A stretch of 39,532 nt of DNA, taken from assembly GCA_001600815.1 (NCBI GenBank), contig BCKZ01000007.1:744001-783532 (forward strand), given 5' to 3'. Made by a program: the position numbers and the translations under genes. The stretch comes from Alloascoidea hylecoeti. Taxonomy: Eukaryota. The notes below the pieces were generated by a model. It searched no databases. It was not told where the DNA came from and worked only from the letters and a program-made list of their open reading frames with translations. Shown piece by piece: positions 20,351 through 32,522 of this stretch (position 1 is the stretch's first letter; the number at the start of each line of letters is the position of its first letter).

Positions 20351-23300
20351 ATTTATTTATAAATATCCATTTATTATTATATTATTCAATTCTTTATGTT
20401 TTATGAAAATCATACTTCTCTTATATTTTATATTTCGTTTTTAAATGCTTTTTTGTACTTCTGCATCTTATGTTATACTTTATGATTATATTTTTAATCA
20501 TATGTTCCATTTATATATTTATTTATACACATATTTCGTCTATCATTTCAGCTTGCATTTTAGGGATCATTTGAGTCGTGTCATATATATATATATATTA
20601 AAATACTTTTTTTTTTCATTCACTACTTATTTATAATTATAACATCTTATTGTATTTGATGTTCAATCTTGATATTGATATTGGTATATAAATATATATA
20701 TTTCTTAATTATAAGCTTACAATTGTGCTACCTAGAGTCAATGCTCTGTTTCTACCTTCATAAAATTATTATGAGTCAATTGATCCTAGAATTGGCCATT
20801 CAAACTAAAAAAACTAGTTCGATTATACATCTGTATATATATGTTATATAGGTGTATATAACGCAGTATTACGAAAAAGACTAAATACAATTGACTTTTA
20901 GAACCTTATTTCCATCGGTATTTTCCGACAGTGGCCATTAATTGTACATGTGACAGATGGAAAGGTAGTTTTTTCTAAATGAGATGTCATGTTTTAGTTG
21001 AAACATTTTAGATAAGTATTCTATGGGAAGCCTCATTCCACGTTTCCTTAGAATTATATTGATATACCTATATTCACAAGCTAATTTTTTATAATGGTAA
21101 TGGGAAATAGTTGTAATTTAAAAACATAAAGATACATCTGAGAATAGGTAAATAACAGAGCGATTGGGGAATAATTTAAGAATTAACGTAATTATGATTA
21201 TAACTCTCAAATTTGATATCCTCGGGGTTAACGCTGCTATAGTAGTTATTTATCTCTTATACCATATGCACGTGTATGTAGCAAATTAGAAGTTGATACC
21301 AGTGTCATAATTTTATAAAACTTTACATTTGACATGAAATTGGGAGCAATTTTTCTAAAGCCTTCATATAGCAGTGATTTTTTGCGTAACTATAATATTG
21401 AAACATGATTGATAATTAGTTAGTTCAAGAATATCTTGATAGTCTATTATTCCATACCTATTGGATACATCTGCATATAATGTGAGTTTCCTCAGAACTT
21501 CCAAATCGGGAAATTACCAAACAAAGATACGGCAGAATATCACTAATACAATAACAAATCAAAAAATAATATACAAATCGCTGGGTTGAGGGAGTATAAA
21601 ATCCAAACCATCCTACCCAAATATATGAGCTTTAGAACTCCATATTCACTAATATTAATAATTGTGTGATTTCCTCACTTCTATCCCATTTAACGTTTAA
21701 CAAACTGTCATTCAACAATTACACGCATATTATATTATATAAACCATGTATTCCTTTTGCTTTGTTACTTACCAATTGTGTTTCTGTCTTTATGGTTCTT
21801 TTTATTATTATTTTATGCCAAGCCGCTGGGTCTAACCTCATTTTCCCCAAACAATGCGAGATATATATCACCCACCCAATTTGGAATTGATGCTAATGAC
21901 TGAATCATCTACACGGGTGACTACTTAGCGTGTCGCTCTAAATTATTGGAAACTGATATCATGACACCAGGATACCTCACTGCCTTAGCAAATATCATTA
22001 TTATTACTACACTGATAGTTCGAATTAATGATTTAATAATCCATGTATGTAGGAATATTATAGCCTAATTTAGAGGTATTTATTGATCAGTGATTGGTAT
22101 TAAATGTTTTTTGACTCCTCATAATCATTTAAATAAGTGAAATCTATAAATCTAGAACTTTTTTCACCTCTGATATATATTCTTAGTGGTTTCATTGTAA
22201 AATATTATTTGGTTGTTTAGATTCTTTAATAGTTAATATTTGCACACATAACTATATGATTATAAGATCACTATATTTATTGTCAAAACTATATTAAACG
22301 AGTAAAAAAGTTCGTGAAAGAATAAATTTGAAGTAGAATATTTTTGCAAGGATAAGGCGGTTATATGTTTGAAAAGAGATTACTGATACCATTTATAGGT
22401 ATTTATGACCCACATGCATGAGAACCTGACAATTTTCTTGTAGGTTATACCCCCCATTTCTTTAAGTCAGTTTTAGATATTAAAAGAAGTGTTGGTAATA
22501 TTTATAAAATACACGGAGTTTACAGACTTAATTGGTCTTCACGGACCATGTGTGGTTCACAGAATCAATATGAACTACCTTATGTGTTATATCCAGAGAG
22601 TTGTGATAGTGTTTTCTCTGAACGTTCAAATCAGTTTGATAAGAGAACGTGACATAATTCTTATTTCTTTCCTTTAGCTTCTTCTGTCCCTCACAAACTA
22701 TCTCTGAAAGCCAATATGAATTGCATTTGAGATACAACTCAACTTAATTTGTAATCTTTAACCTTCAAGCGAATTTACGAAAGTCTAACCTTAGGTTTTG
22801 CAAGTTGTTTTTAAATTCCTTTTTAATTATATATGAATAAATTATCAACAGCAATACATCGTTACTCTAAAGGGCATGTAGTACCTCTGATAATTTCCTA
22901 TAACGATATGGATAATTGCGAGAATTAAATAGACAGAACTTATATAAATGCACTGGACCGTTCTCTTCTTACCAACCTATAGTTTATAATTATAGTTTAT
23001 GATGATGTTAACTGTAAGTTCAATTGCAACTTATATTAAGCTTAAATGTGAATCATCACAATCATACATGCATATGCATATCTAAGCTTGCATAATATGA
23101 CTGGGTCACAAATATCGAATATAATCGTTCTACAATTGCAAATGCTATACTTTCATAAACTTTCTTCTGTTCAAGCTGTACTAAAAGTACATATTTTAAA
23201 TGCTAATCTCTGCTACATCACTTATGGAAAAACTGTAACCATATTACGAGTCCTTATGCTTCTTATAATCTGATTTGTCCATCCTTGCTCTTAAACTTAT

Positions 23301-24026
23301 AAATAAAATATACTGAAGTCTTTGTGACAAAAATATCCAAAATGGTAACTCTATAGTCATTCTGACAAGCATTGGGCTTGATATATGCATTCAATATGAG
23401 CTAGAAAGGACCATGATCCTCCATCAAACGCCTAAGGTCAATTTCAACCGTATAATGCTTTATCTGCTTTCTGTGCCCAAGGTTCAAAATTCAAATTCAA
23501 AGTTCAAGGGTTAACATATTTACGCTAAGAGCTTCAAGTTTCCGACTCAAACTAGAAGTGGAGCGTGTATTTCCAGTTATTGAGTGCGAGATCCATGTCT
23601 GAATTTTGTCGAATGCTTGTTCTCTACAAATAAAAAAGACTACAATAATAACAAGAATACGGTTTGCAGCTGTCATTTCTCGCGCATTAATAGGAGAGAA
23701 GAAAAAAAATATTCTCTAAACATCTATTGGAGAAGATGCTACCCTTGTTTGGCAATGAAGTCAATTAATTGTTGCTTCTAAATTACAGAAGGATTCGCTG
23801 ACCCTTAAAGGGTTTTAACTCCTACGATCGTGAAAAGACATTCAGGGTATATCTTATACTTTGACAGTTACTTTTTTACAGCTGAGAGAGTAGTGGATTT
23901 TGACTCATAGCATATTATGTAGTAGCTTCTTTGGAGCTTGTTATATATACTCGTACATGTTGTTGGAAAAATGTTAAAAAGAAAAGTTGGAGGAACTTTA
24001 TATCTTATTAGGTTGCTTACTTAGTA

Positions 24027-25322
24027 CAGCCAGGCCTCGATCAAATTTACATCCCTTCAAAAAAACACCCCATCTTTTTAAATATACCATAGAATGACCT
24101 CTAGAATTCCGCTAAGCGAGATTTCACGTAATTGTAATTCTAAAAAGCAATTTCAACCAACTAAGCGGATTGAAATATGTAATCTGAGTAAACTTGGCTT
24201 CTCAATTGCCGAAATAGATATAAAACTTAATATTAACCCTTCAAATGTATTGTTCACTGTAAAGAAATATGACAGTAACTCTTCTCGTCTAACACCTCCT
24301 TGAACAACAGAGCCTACATAACTTTTTTAAAGGGCAGTAAATTCATGTTCTGAGAAACACAAAAGCTTTCCCCTTGAATACGCTTGACGAGCTGACTTCA
24401 AAATTCAACATTAGAATATCAAAGACTATCTCCACCACCTAAAAACCCTTCTAAAAATACATGAATATTTTCAGCTTGTAAAAAAATCTTATCTATATGA
24501 GAAGCGTCAACGGACAGAAGGATATGATCTAAGGATGGACAAAAGTAGTATCAGGACGTTTGGGATGATACTATATTCAATTACAAATCTTCAGTCCTTA
24601 CAGATTCCAAATCTGAAAAAGTATATACTCGACAACAGTCACACCAAACCTCAGAAATTCGAAATATTTATATCATAAAAAATTCTAGGTAGTAAGTCTT
24701 ATAATTATGGTATGGACTGGATTGGAAAGGAGGTTATACTAAACTGTATTGAGAGATTGGTGGATTTAATAGCAGATAAAACGGAGTCACCGCACGTTCC
24801 TACACAAAATTTCTGGTAGAGGCCTTTGATGAGATTACTGGAGGTCCAGTACCCAGAGCGGGTGAGATATCTACCCAAAATACCAGAATCGCGATGATTC
24901 AGTTTCGTGGGAAAAAGATAGGTGTTGGAGTGACATTTCTCCCCTGAATCCCATTGAGCATGTGGAATCTCTTTAAAAAAGTTCGCCACAAGACAAGAAT
25001 TTTGATCATGAGCTTTCCACATTATGTAGGTGTGAAGAAAGACCTAATGTTCGTATCTCTCTCAAACTATTGAGATCTCATGGAACAGGATATCGTTGAT
25101 AATTTGATTAACTCCATGTTTATGATGTTAAGGGGGCTAACTAACACTAAATAATAAACTGAAATGCCATTTTATATAGATCAATGGAATGCCTAGAATT
25201 TAATGAGAATTATGTACTATTTTAAGAGCACTTTAAGGTCTTGTAGAATACTCAGTAACTGGTTACAATTTTTTTAAAGAGGTGCCTGAAAAAAGAGCGT
25301 AAGTTTAATCGAGGCCCGGTTG
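24027..25322 (+). mobile_element. Full-length degenerate Tc1/mariner transposon (1296 bp, 24-bp TIRs, TA target duplication)
   Basis: TIRs at 24027-24050 and 25299-25322 (20/24 identical), with TA at 24025-26 and 25323-24. Broken transposase: HTH-like ORF at 24094-24303, WDDTIFNYKSS (24561; degenerate WxxVIFSDES), IMVW (~24705), SPLNPIEHV (24938-24964) and DNLINSM (25098-25118). Confidence 0.92.
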
Positions 25323-25514
25323 TAATATTATAACCTGTATGTTAGGAATATTGATAATTTAGAAAATAGATGACGAGCAATGAGATTGCTTTCTAAATGG
25401 TATTATAATTATAATATCTAAAAGAACTTTTATACTTTAAAAGGACATAATAACTGTACAAACATAATATTATGAATCAATTAATTAATTTACATATTGT
25501 TTAAAGGAGAAATA

Positions 25515-25676
25515 CAGTACTTCCACTAAATTTCAGCCATTATTTAAGCCAAATATTCGACCATGTGAAACACAATTGTTTGCCAACCTGGCATGGTAAT
25601 GTTCGCCAATATTTATCAATCAAGTGATCGAATATTTAGCTTAAACTATGACCGAAATTAAATGGATCTGGGGCTG
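25515..25676. mobile_element. MITE, GGCCGAA family (162 bp, TA-CAG...CTG-TA)
   Basis: Inverted arms at 25522-25563 and 25625-25666 (inner 21 bp 19/21 identical). Termini CAG (25515) and CTG (25676) are each flanked by TA. Confidence 0.78.
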
Positions 25677-26379
25677 TATCATATCCAGTCATATAGAAAT
25701 ATACATATTAATATAGATAACACTCTGTGTATACTATATTTAATAATAGGTAACCATCGAGCTATATCGGTATTGCAACAATTTATAGGTTTTATGAATA
25801 TGAGTATGTTCTTTTACAGAAATATCAGCGAATAGTTTGGGAAGTGAATAACCATATGGGGCGGTAACTAATTGGCCAATCATCTAGAAACTAGATAAAT
25901 TATTTTCAGAAATTCTATAGAGAAATTAATCGTGGGTAACATTGGTGATGGTTCGAAGAATAATATTAATCATTCATTGGTCCCCAAACTTGGTGATTGC
26001 AATTGGGATCTATAGCCAAAGTATCTTAAGTAAATTAGTTCATCAAGATTAATTCTCAGAATCTACAAAGCTACCTACACATTTACTGAGTTCATTCATT
26101 TGATAATAAATACTCTTTGATATGGTTAAGTTTCAACCTAAAAACTTTAAGCCAATGCTAAAGTCTGAGTGTGGCGGATTCCATTTTTTTTTGTGTTGGA
26201 ATAATTATGTCACTTCCAATCAATGATCATCTCTTTTAGGTGGTTTTATAGATAATTGTAATTATAGATTTATAGTTATTTTAAGCTGATGTATGTATTA
26301 CGTCACAATTTTGCTTCACTCAGAAACGTGTAGACGTCTTAGAAAACTTTATTGAAAATATTATCGAAACCTTAATCGT

Positions 26380-26870
26380 TTTCGCAGGATCGCAGGGTCT
26401 GATAATAAAAGTGAATTACAAAAGGTCCGGCGAAAAACACGCGATATCCCGCTGTTACGGAGAGATTTCAGGGGAAGATTAATATCAAAGTATTACCACT
26501 CGTACAGGTAGCAATACACCCTTTATTCAAGCCTTTGGATGTGTCTTCAACAAGAAAATGATCCAATCCACAAATCTAAAAGAAAAAAAAGGAGAACAAA
26601 AATCAGTTGGAACGGCTGGTTAGCCCACGAACTCTTCGGACTTAATTCCTCTTAGAAAATGTGCGGCACGAACTCAAAATTTATCCGGGAGACAAGCACT
26701 AAAGGTTTGCTCAAACGAAAGCCGGTACTAAGAAGGTCAAGAAAAGTTTTTCAGAAGTAATGCTAAAGTTATGGGATCAGTTAGATCAGTTGCTTTTTGA
26801 TGAATCAAATCTATGTCAAAACGATTAGAACTACGTCGCAAAATGACGGCAGATTGATTGCCAAAATTGT
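26380..26870 (+). mobile_element. Tc1-type transposase C-terminal relic (boundaries approximate)
   Basis: LQQENDPIHKSK (26545-26580; cf. FQQDNDPKH), *PTNSSDLIPL/ENVRHELK (26621-26678; cf. WPxNSPDLNPIENVW) and IKSMSKRLE (26804-26830), in the correct order and spacing. Confidence 0.85.
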
Positions 26871-27025
26871 CTCCAGTGATGTTTAGGCAAATTAGATCAC
26901 TGATTTCTATTTTGCTTGGTAATATCTCTTTACGAATTGTTCAATTAAACAAAATTTTATATATATTCATAAATATAATGCTTTTCATGGTCAGAAAACG
27001 TTTGTGAAGTAACAGCTGCTCGTTG

Positions 27026-28371
27026 TACCCTAATGGAATATGCATATTCACTTGGCGCTCGTATACCACAACATTGTTATGTCGCGATCACGAATTATAA
27101 AACCAGCATCAAAAATAACTTATTACAAATAATTTCGCTTATATAATCTATACTTATTTTCATAATTCTGATAATCATCGTTTAATATTTTCTTTTTTTC
27201 CTTTTTTGTTGTGGTGTAAGATCTCTTCTAGCGTATTGAGCTCAGTAGATCCAAAATCATAAATCCCAATTTTTCATTATTCCATGATTAGTTGGAAGCT
27301 GTCATACTGATAAAATACGATGCTTCTATCTATTATTAAAGAATAGTGTATATATCTTAAAGTGGGTATTGTAGGTGTAATGCGAAAATTGAGAATTTCT
27401 AAAAATTCTGGACGACCCTAAAATTTACACTGCAACTCAAAAGTTTCATTTTTAAAGCAACTACTAAATAATCAACGGAAATAAAAAATGCATGTAAGAA
27501 GACTTCAATGAATTAGAACTATCACAAGAGTAAGCTCACACTTTCAGCTGTTAACGTTGAAGATAAGAGACAATATTTCAAGATCACCTTCTGGTAAATT
27601 ATCAAGACAAGACTCCCAGAAAGATCAAAGGCTTCTATTTACTCTTGAACAAGATCTTCTTCGGCGACTTTCAATTTTTCGTAAAAATGGTTGTGCCACT
27701 AATCTAGAACGTATTCGGGGGCGGGTTGGTGAGATAATTGTAGAGCGCGTGAAAGAAGATTGTCTCAAAAATTGCGAACAAGGAACGGGATAGCAAAGCA
27801 TTATTGTTCCATAAAATATCATATACTGGTATTCATTTTATATGAAGATTTCGCTGAAAATTTTGAATTAACTAGATTTTGTAAAAGTAATTTTTGAATT
27901 GTGGTTGGAGAAGCTAAAAGCACAAGGCATATCTGATGAATTACCCATTTAAACAAATCACATTAAGGGACCCAGCAAGCTTTATCATTTCATATTTCCA
28001 TCCCACTTCTGGAAAATCCATTAAAAGCTATTCAAAATGGAGTTCGGACACCTAAGAAAAGGAACACCCTGGATACACATGATTTTCCAGAGATAGCAAA
28101 GAGAGATGTGTGAATCTAGTGAGCTCAATCAATCTGTTAGCTCGTAGAAGAAATCTCACAGCACAACAGAAAATACTAAAAGAAAATACAAAAATAAGAT
28201 ATTTAACAAAGATTATCAGAATAATGGGATTAAGTATATTTGAGTGATATGTGTAATAATTTACTTTTGTTGCTGGTTTTGTAATTCGTGGTTGGAAGTT
28301 GCAACATAACAATATTAATGTTGTGGTATTTGGGTATGCTGACCCATCTAGGCATTATCCCATCAATGGTA
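27026..28371 (+). mobile_element. Degenerate Tc1-like element with long (~230-270 bp) TIRs and an internally deleted transposase
   Basis: 27026-27260 is the reverse complement of ~28105-28371 (27089-27108 vs 28271-28290, 19/20; 27235-27250 vs 28114-28129, 15/16). The interior has SGRP (27407-27418), RGRVGE..DCL..GTG*QSIIV and SYTG (27819-27830). Confidence 0.85.
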
Positions 28372-28526
28372 TAATTATAAGGTTATGCCAGAAATAATAA
28401 CGGAACCATGGTTTAAATAAATGTCCACCGGTGGTGCAACTGACTTGTATGATTTAAATAATAAGTGTCTAGTTATATTCATGAATAATTGATTTTTTAA
28501 CTAAGAACTTTATGTTTATAAACTTA

Positions 28527-28770
28527 TTACACTTAATTTAGGCCATTTTTTGCACTAAATATTCGGTCACGTTGTTCTGGCCTCAGGTGCATATGAAATG
28601 TTATGCATCAACAGAAGAATTGTAGGTTGGGACCACCATCAAATGTGAATGTCAACGGAATAGAACTATTCGAAAATGCAAGGCCAAATATTTAGTCTAC
28701 AGCGTGACTGATAATCATTCATTGTGGTAAATTAAACATTATCACAAAACATGGTCGAAATAAAGGGGAA
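28527..28770. mobile_element. MITE, GGCCGAA family copy
   Basis: Left arm TTACACTTAATTTAGGCCATT..CTAAATATTCGGTCAC (28527-28570) matches 25521-25564. Right arm GGCCAAATATTTAG..AACATGGTCGAAATAAAGGGGAA (28682-28770) matches 2446-2512. Confidence 0.72.
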
Positions 28771-30644
28771 TAGTCTCAAGTTTAGACCATGATGAACACA
28801 ACATGCTAGACACAAGGCAATTGCAAACCTATAATTTAAGTAGTATCAATGGACAGAAGGCTTTATCTAAGTTTTTGAACGTACTTCAGTATTTTTGATA
28901 TATATTTTACGATTAATCCAATTGATTAATGCTCATATAGTGTTCACATCAGTCCATAATTAGTCATCTACTGAATAACAATTATCCTATGATAAATGAT
29001 ATAATTGACAATTTTATTTTCAGTTAAATATTATAATTAGTTATATAGAATATCACAAATTGGATTATAACTTTTCTATAAGATCTAGAAATTCTAATAA
29101 TATATATACACGTGGAATCGTCGTGGATTGTAACAGTTATAAATATTATAACCTTGTAATTATATATATCTATCTTTTTACCAGCAGCTGCAGACTCATT
29201 TTCAATTCGGTTCAAGATTAATTATATACTTAGCTAAATATAGATCATAGTATACTCAGTATTATTCCCTTGCTAACCTATATTTAGATCCAGCTGAAGA
29301 GTCAAAATTATTGGCAAGGTCAATTGCATGAATAATCTATACTTAGTTAACTTAATATTAATTTGATACTTGAAATATAGGAATATTTACCATAAACACA
29401 TGTAAAAGATGTTTAAATTAATTAATGATGAGATCTAGAGAGATAACATCAGCTATAAATAGGTATGATACCGGAAAAAGCGTTATATATGTTGTAATAT
29501 TATAATGTTAATCAGAGACATATGAGCTCGAGATCGATGAGTATAATTAAAGAAAAAAAGGTATGAATCACCGTAGGAATGAAGAGACCTGAGACTTGGA
29601 CCATGGCTCCATGGTTTAGAATTAATCTTAATAGATATCTAGATGATTAATATTACCGATATAGTTATCTATCTATAGCACGCTTTAGCTATAGCTGTTA
29701 AAAAAGCCTGTACTTGTTATCATTAAAATTAAGTAGAATTAATTTAAATGCAACGAGTGCCTTCATTGCGTCAATATTTTCAAAAACGCTGGAAAATTAT
29801 AGCAATATTTATAAGGTTATAAATATAAATTATAATAAGAATATGTATTTAAATAAACAGGTAATATCGATATCGATAGCAATATATGAAATATAGGCTA
29901 TATAAGCATGAGTCCAAAACCATCTTTAGCTATTGACTAAGCTCAACGTTATATTCAAAGAATTCTAATTCATGATCGTACTTTATCCCATTAGACACCT
30001 CAGTATTCAACAAGCATTGAGTTATTATATTATTTTATGTATTAATTTTCTTTTTGTGAGATGTTTATACTAATTAATAATTATATGTTGACCTATAATA
30101 CATACATTTCCAAAGGTCATCATTTCTTCGTATAAACTTAAATCTAATTATAAATTATCAGTTGGAAACTTGGAATTGAATTATTTGTTATATATAGCTA
30201 CTTTTTCACCGAGAATTTTGCATAGATATTGATTTATATAGCTCAATTGAAATATAGCTATAGAAGTATACTTACGAGTTCTAATTGTATGTATATTTCT
30301 TATTATAAACATATTTAATCTTAATTATTATCAAATTTATATGATGGAGTTATTCACACTACATATAAGGTCTTTTCTTATACACGCCAATTTTAATACC
30401 GGGCCCACAGTGCTCAGTTAACGGTCATAAAAATATTAGTTGCAATGTGCGCGCACGTGTCTCGATTTAAAAGTTGCAGGATTTCAAAGGGGAAAACAAC
30501 TTTCTAGTTAAGATGCTATAGTCTGTTCACAACTCATTGAAACTGGATATCACAGCTAACTATAGCTAATATTTCCTGGAATAATATTATATACCGGCCT
30601 ATATATTTGTAAGCTTTAGATCAATTCACCTGACAATCTTATAG

Positions 30645-30708
30645 CTCTATTTAATTTCGGCCACTTTTAATGAATATTTATTTCAAAAGTGGCCGATACT
30701 AAGTGGAA
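30645..30708. mobile_element. Minimal MITE, GGCCGAA family copy (palindrome)
   Basis: Perfect 12-bp inverted repeat TCGGCCACTTTT (30657-30668) / AAAAGTGGCCGA (30685-30696). The outer arms match the family terminal motif TTCCACTWAATTTCGGCCA. Confidence 0.68.
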
Positions 30709-30943
30709 AGTGGAAACACTCAATGAATAATCGGATTCTAGACAGTGGACACTAAAAAAACTTCATCTCAATTGCACCCGCATTACTAATTGATTGGAAA
30801 TTGACATATTTTAAATGTACATTTATCTAGATCTTGCCAACAAGGCAACTGTAAATATGATTATATGTACTTGTTAGTGTTATGGTAAATGGTCATGTAA
30901 GATCTTATAGTGATTTAGATATAGAAAGAGGTGGTGTCTGAAT

Positions 30944-31200
30944 TGCATTATTTTTAGACATCAAAGAATGGGTATGATGGCAAAATGGATCCAAAAAAGT
31001 AAAAGTTTGTACCTGAATTTTTTAGCCTGCAATTTATACTTAAGCTTCAGGTTTTAATTACATACCTACATGGAAAAATGGACACAATCAAAAAAAAACC
31101 TAGCCCCGTTTTACTTGCAATTATTCGAATTGTTGATCCGCAAAGAATTTTTCGTCATCATCATTAATTATAGAGTCGCCTTATATGGTCTGAAGACTCT
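30944..31200 (+). mobile_element. Probable highly decayed Ty1/copia reverse transcriptase fragment
   Basis: YLHGKMDTI (31063-31089; cf. AYLHGxLDxxIY) and ALYGLK (31178-31195; cf. KALYGLKQ) are in copia order and roughly the right spacing. A weaker IIFRHQRMGMMAKWIQ at 30947-30994 lies upstream (cf. IF..KRDG..ARxVAxG..Q). Frameshifted, no LTR seen. Confidence 0.45.
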
Positions 31201-32522
31201 AAAGTTCTAAACCCGAAATAAAATGGGTTGACCGCTTAAAGAAGACAATTATATTATAATTAGAGGAGGTTACAGATTGTAATTTAAAAAGATGTCTCTA
31301 ATTGTATCCGGAGGTATGCTCTAGGTGTTTTGATGGTAATTAACTAATTTGGAAGTATTTAATTTCCAGTAATATTTAACCAATAAATTCGACCTGATCA
31401 TGGTAATTTTATACATAGATCTAGATTTGTTCCAATAATTTTAATCGTAATTTTTATTATGAAAATATGATTATTACAATTACAATTATCTGTCCAGTAT
31501 TTTATGTCAAACCGAGAAAGATTTGCTTGTAGCTAGGATAAATCTTAGATGTGAAGAAATTTTCAAGCTCATTATAACTCACGAATCGCGATTAAAAAAA
31601 GGTTTTAACTTGGTAACTCTGTATTTAGTACTACTATAGTAGCTATCATTTAGGGCGGGAGTGGTCTTGGTCGGAAATTGGTTCCTTGGCATATAAAAAA
31701 TCTTCAGGTTTAGACTTATAATTATGGTTCCTTTTTGTTCGCAGGTTGACAGCAACTGACATAACCCCCCGTAAAGATGCGTAATTTGTAGTAATAATCG
31801 GGTTATATTCTTGAGGATCCTACAACAGACAGTTGGCTGCAACTGCAAGAGAAGTCAAAGTTTTAAAAACCTTAAACTCCCAATGATGCATGCTATCAAT
31901 GGGTAACCGCTTCTCTGATTTAAGTTTCAGCTCATTAACACAATCGATTTGCCTATTGTCTTTTTTTTCTTGTCTCTTTGAATTTGTCAGCATCACCGAA
32001 ACAGAACAATGGCGGTGTAACTAGCCAACAATTTCCTAGTTCCACTTTGGGACTCGTTTGCATTCGAATTTCGAGCAGAACAAAAGACACGAGAAAATAA
32101 TTATAAGCTTGATACAACTAACCAATCGTAAGAATATTAAACAATCGTATTAAAATCTTACATTCCTTGCAATAGTAATGTTTCATCCTGGGCTTTTTTA
32201 AATCAATCACAAAAGGGGCTCGGGAGTTCAAGTTATGATATTTAATTGAGAAGTATTGATATTGAACAATGCACCTTCAAAAGGTATTTAAAAAGACTTG
32301 ATCTCCCTTCTTAAATCGTCACACATATTCTTTCACTCAACAAACCTCCAGATTTTCAATCAAAAGTCGAAGCTGCTCATTTGCCGGTCTTTTCTCAGCG
32401 CTTCGCATATACCATACTAATTATACTACTTAACAACTTATACAATATACCTGGTTTAATTTGATTTTTTCGGCTTTAATTATACATTTAAATTTTATTA
32501 CTTTTCAATTTTAAGTTTTGAA

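Noticed and set aside
24027..28371. RIP-like mutation of the transposon relics
   Set aside because: A few transitions and TGG/CGA-derived stops fit ordinary AT-biased decay, indels are abundant, and RIP is not established in Saccharomycotina.
17545..32230. Shared GGGCTC(A/G)GGAGTTCAA at ~17545 and ~32216 as tRNA or B-box elements
   Set aside because: No cloverleaf or A-box, the B-box terminal C is missing, and one-mismatch 16-mers are expected by chance in 40 kb.
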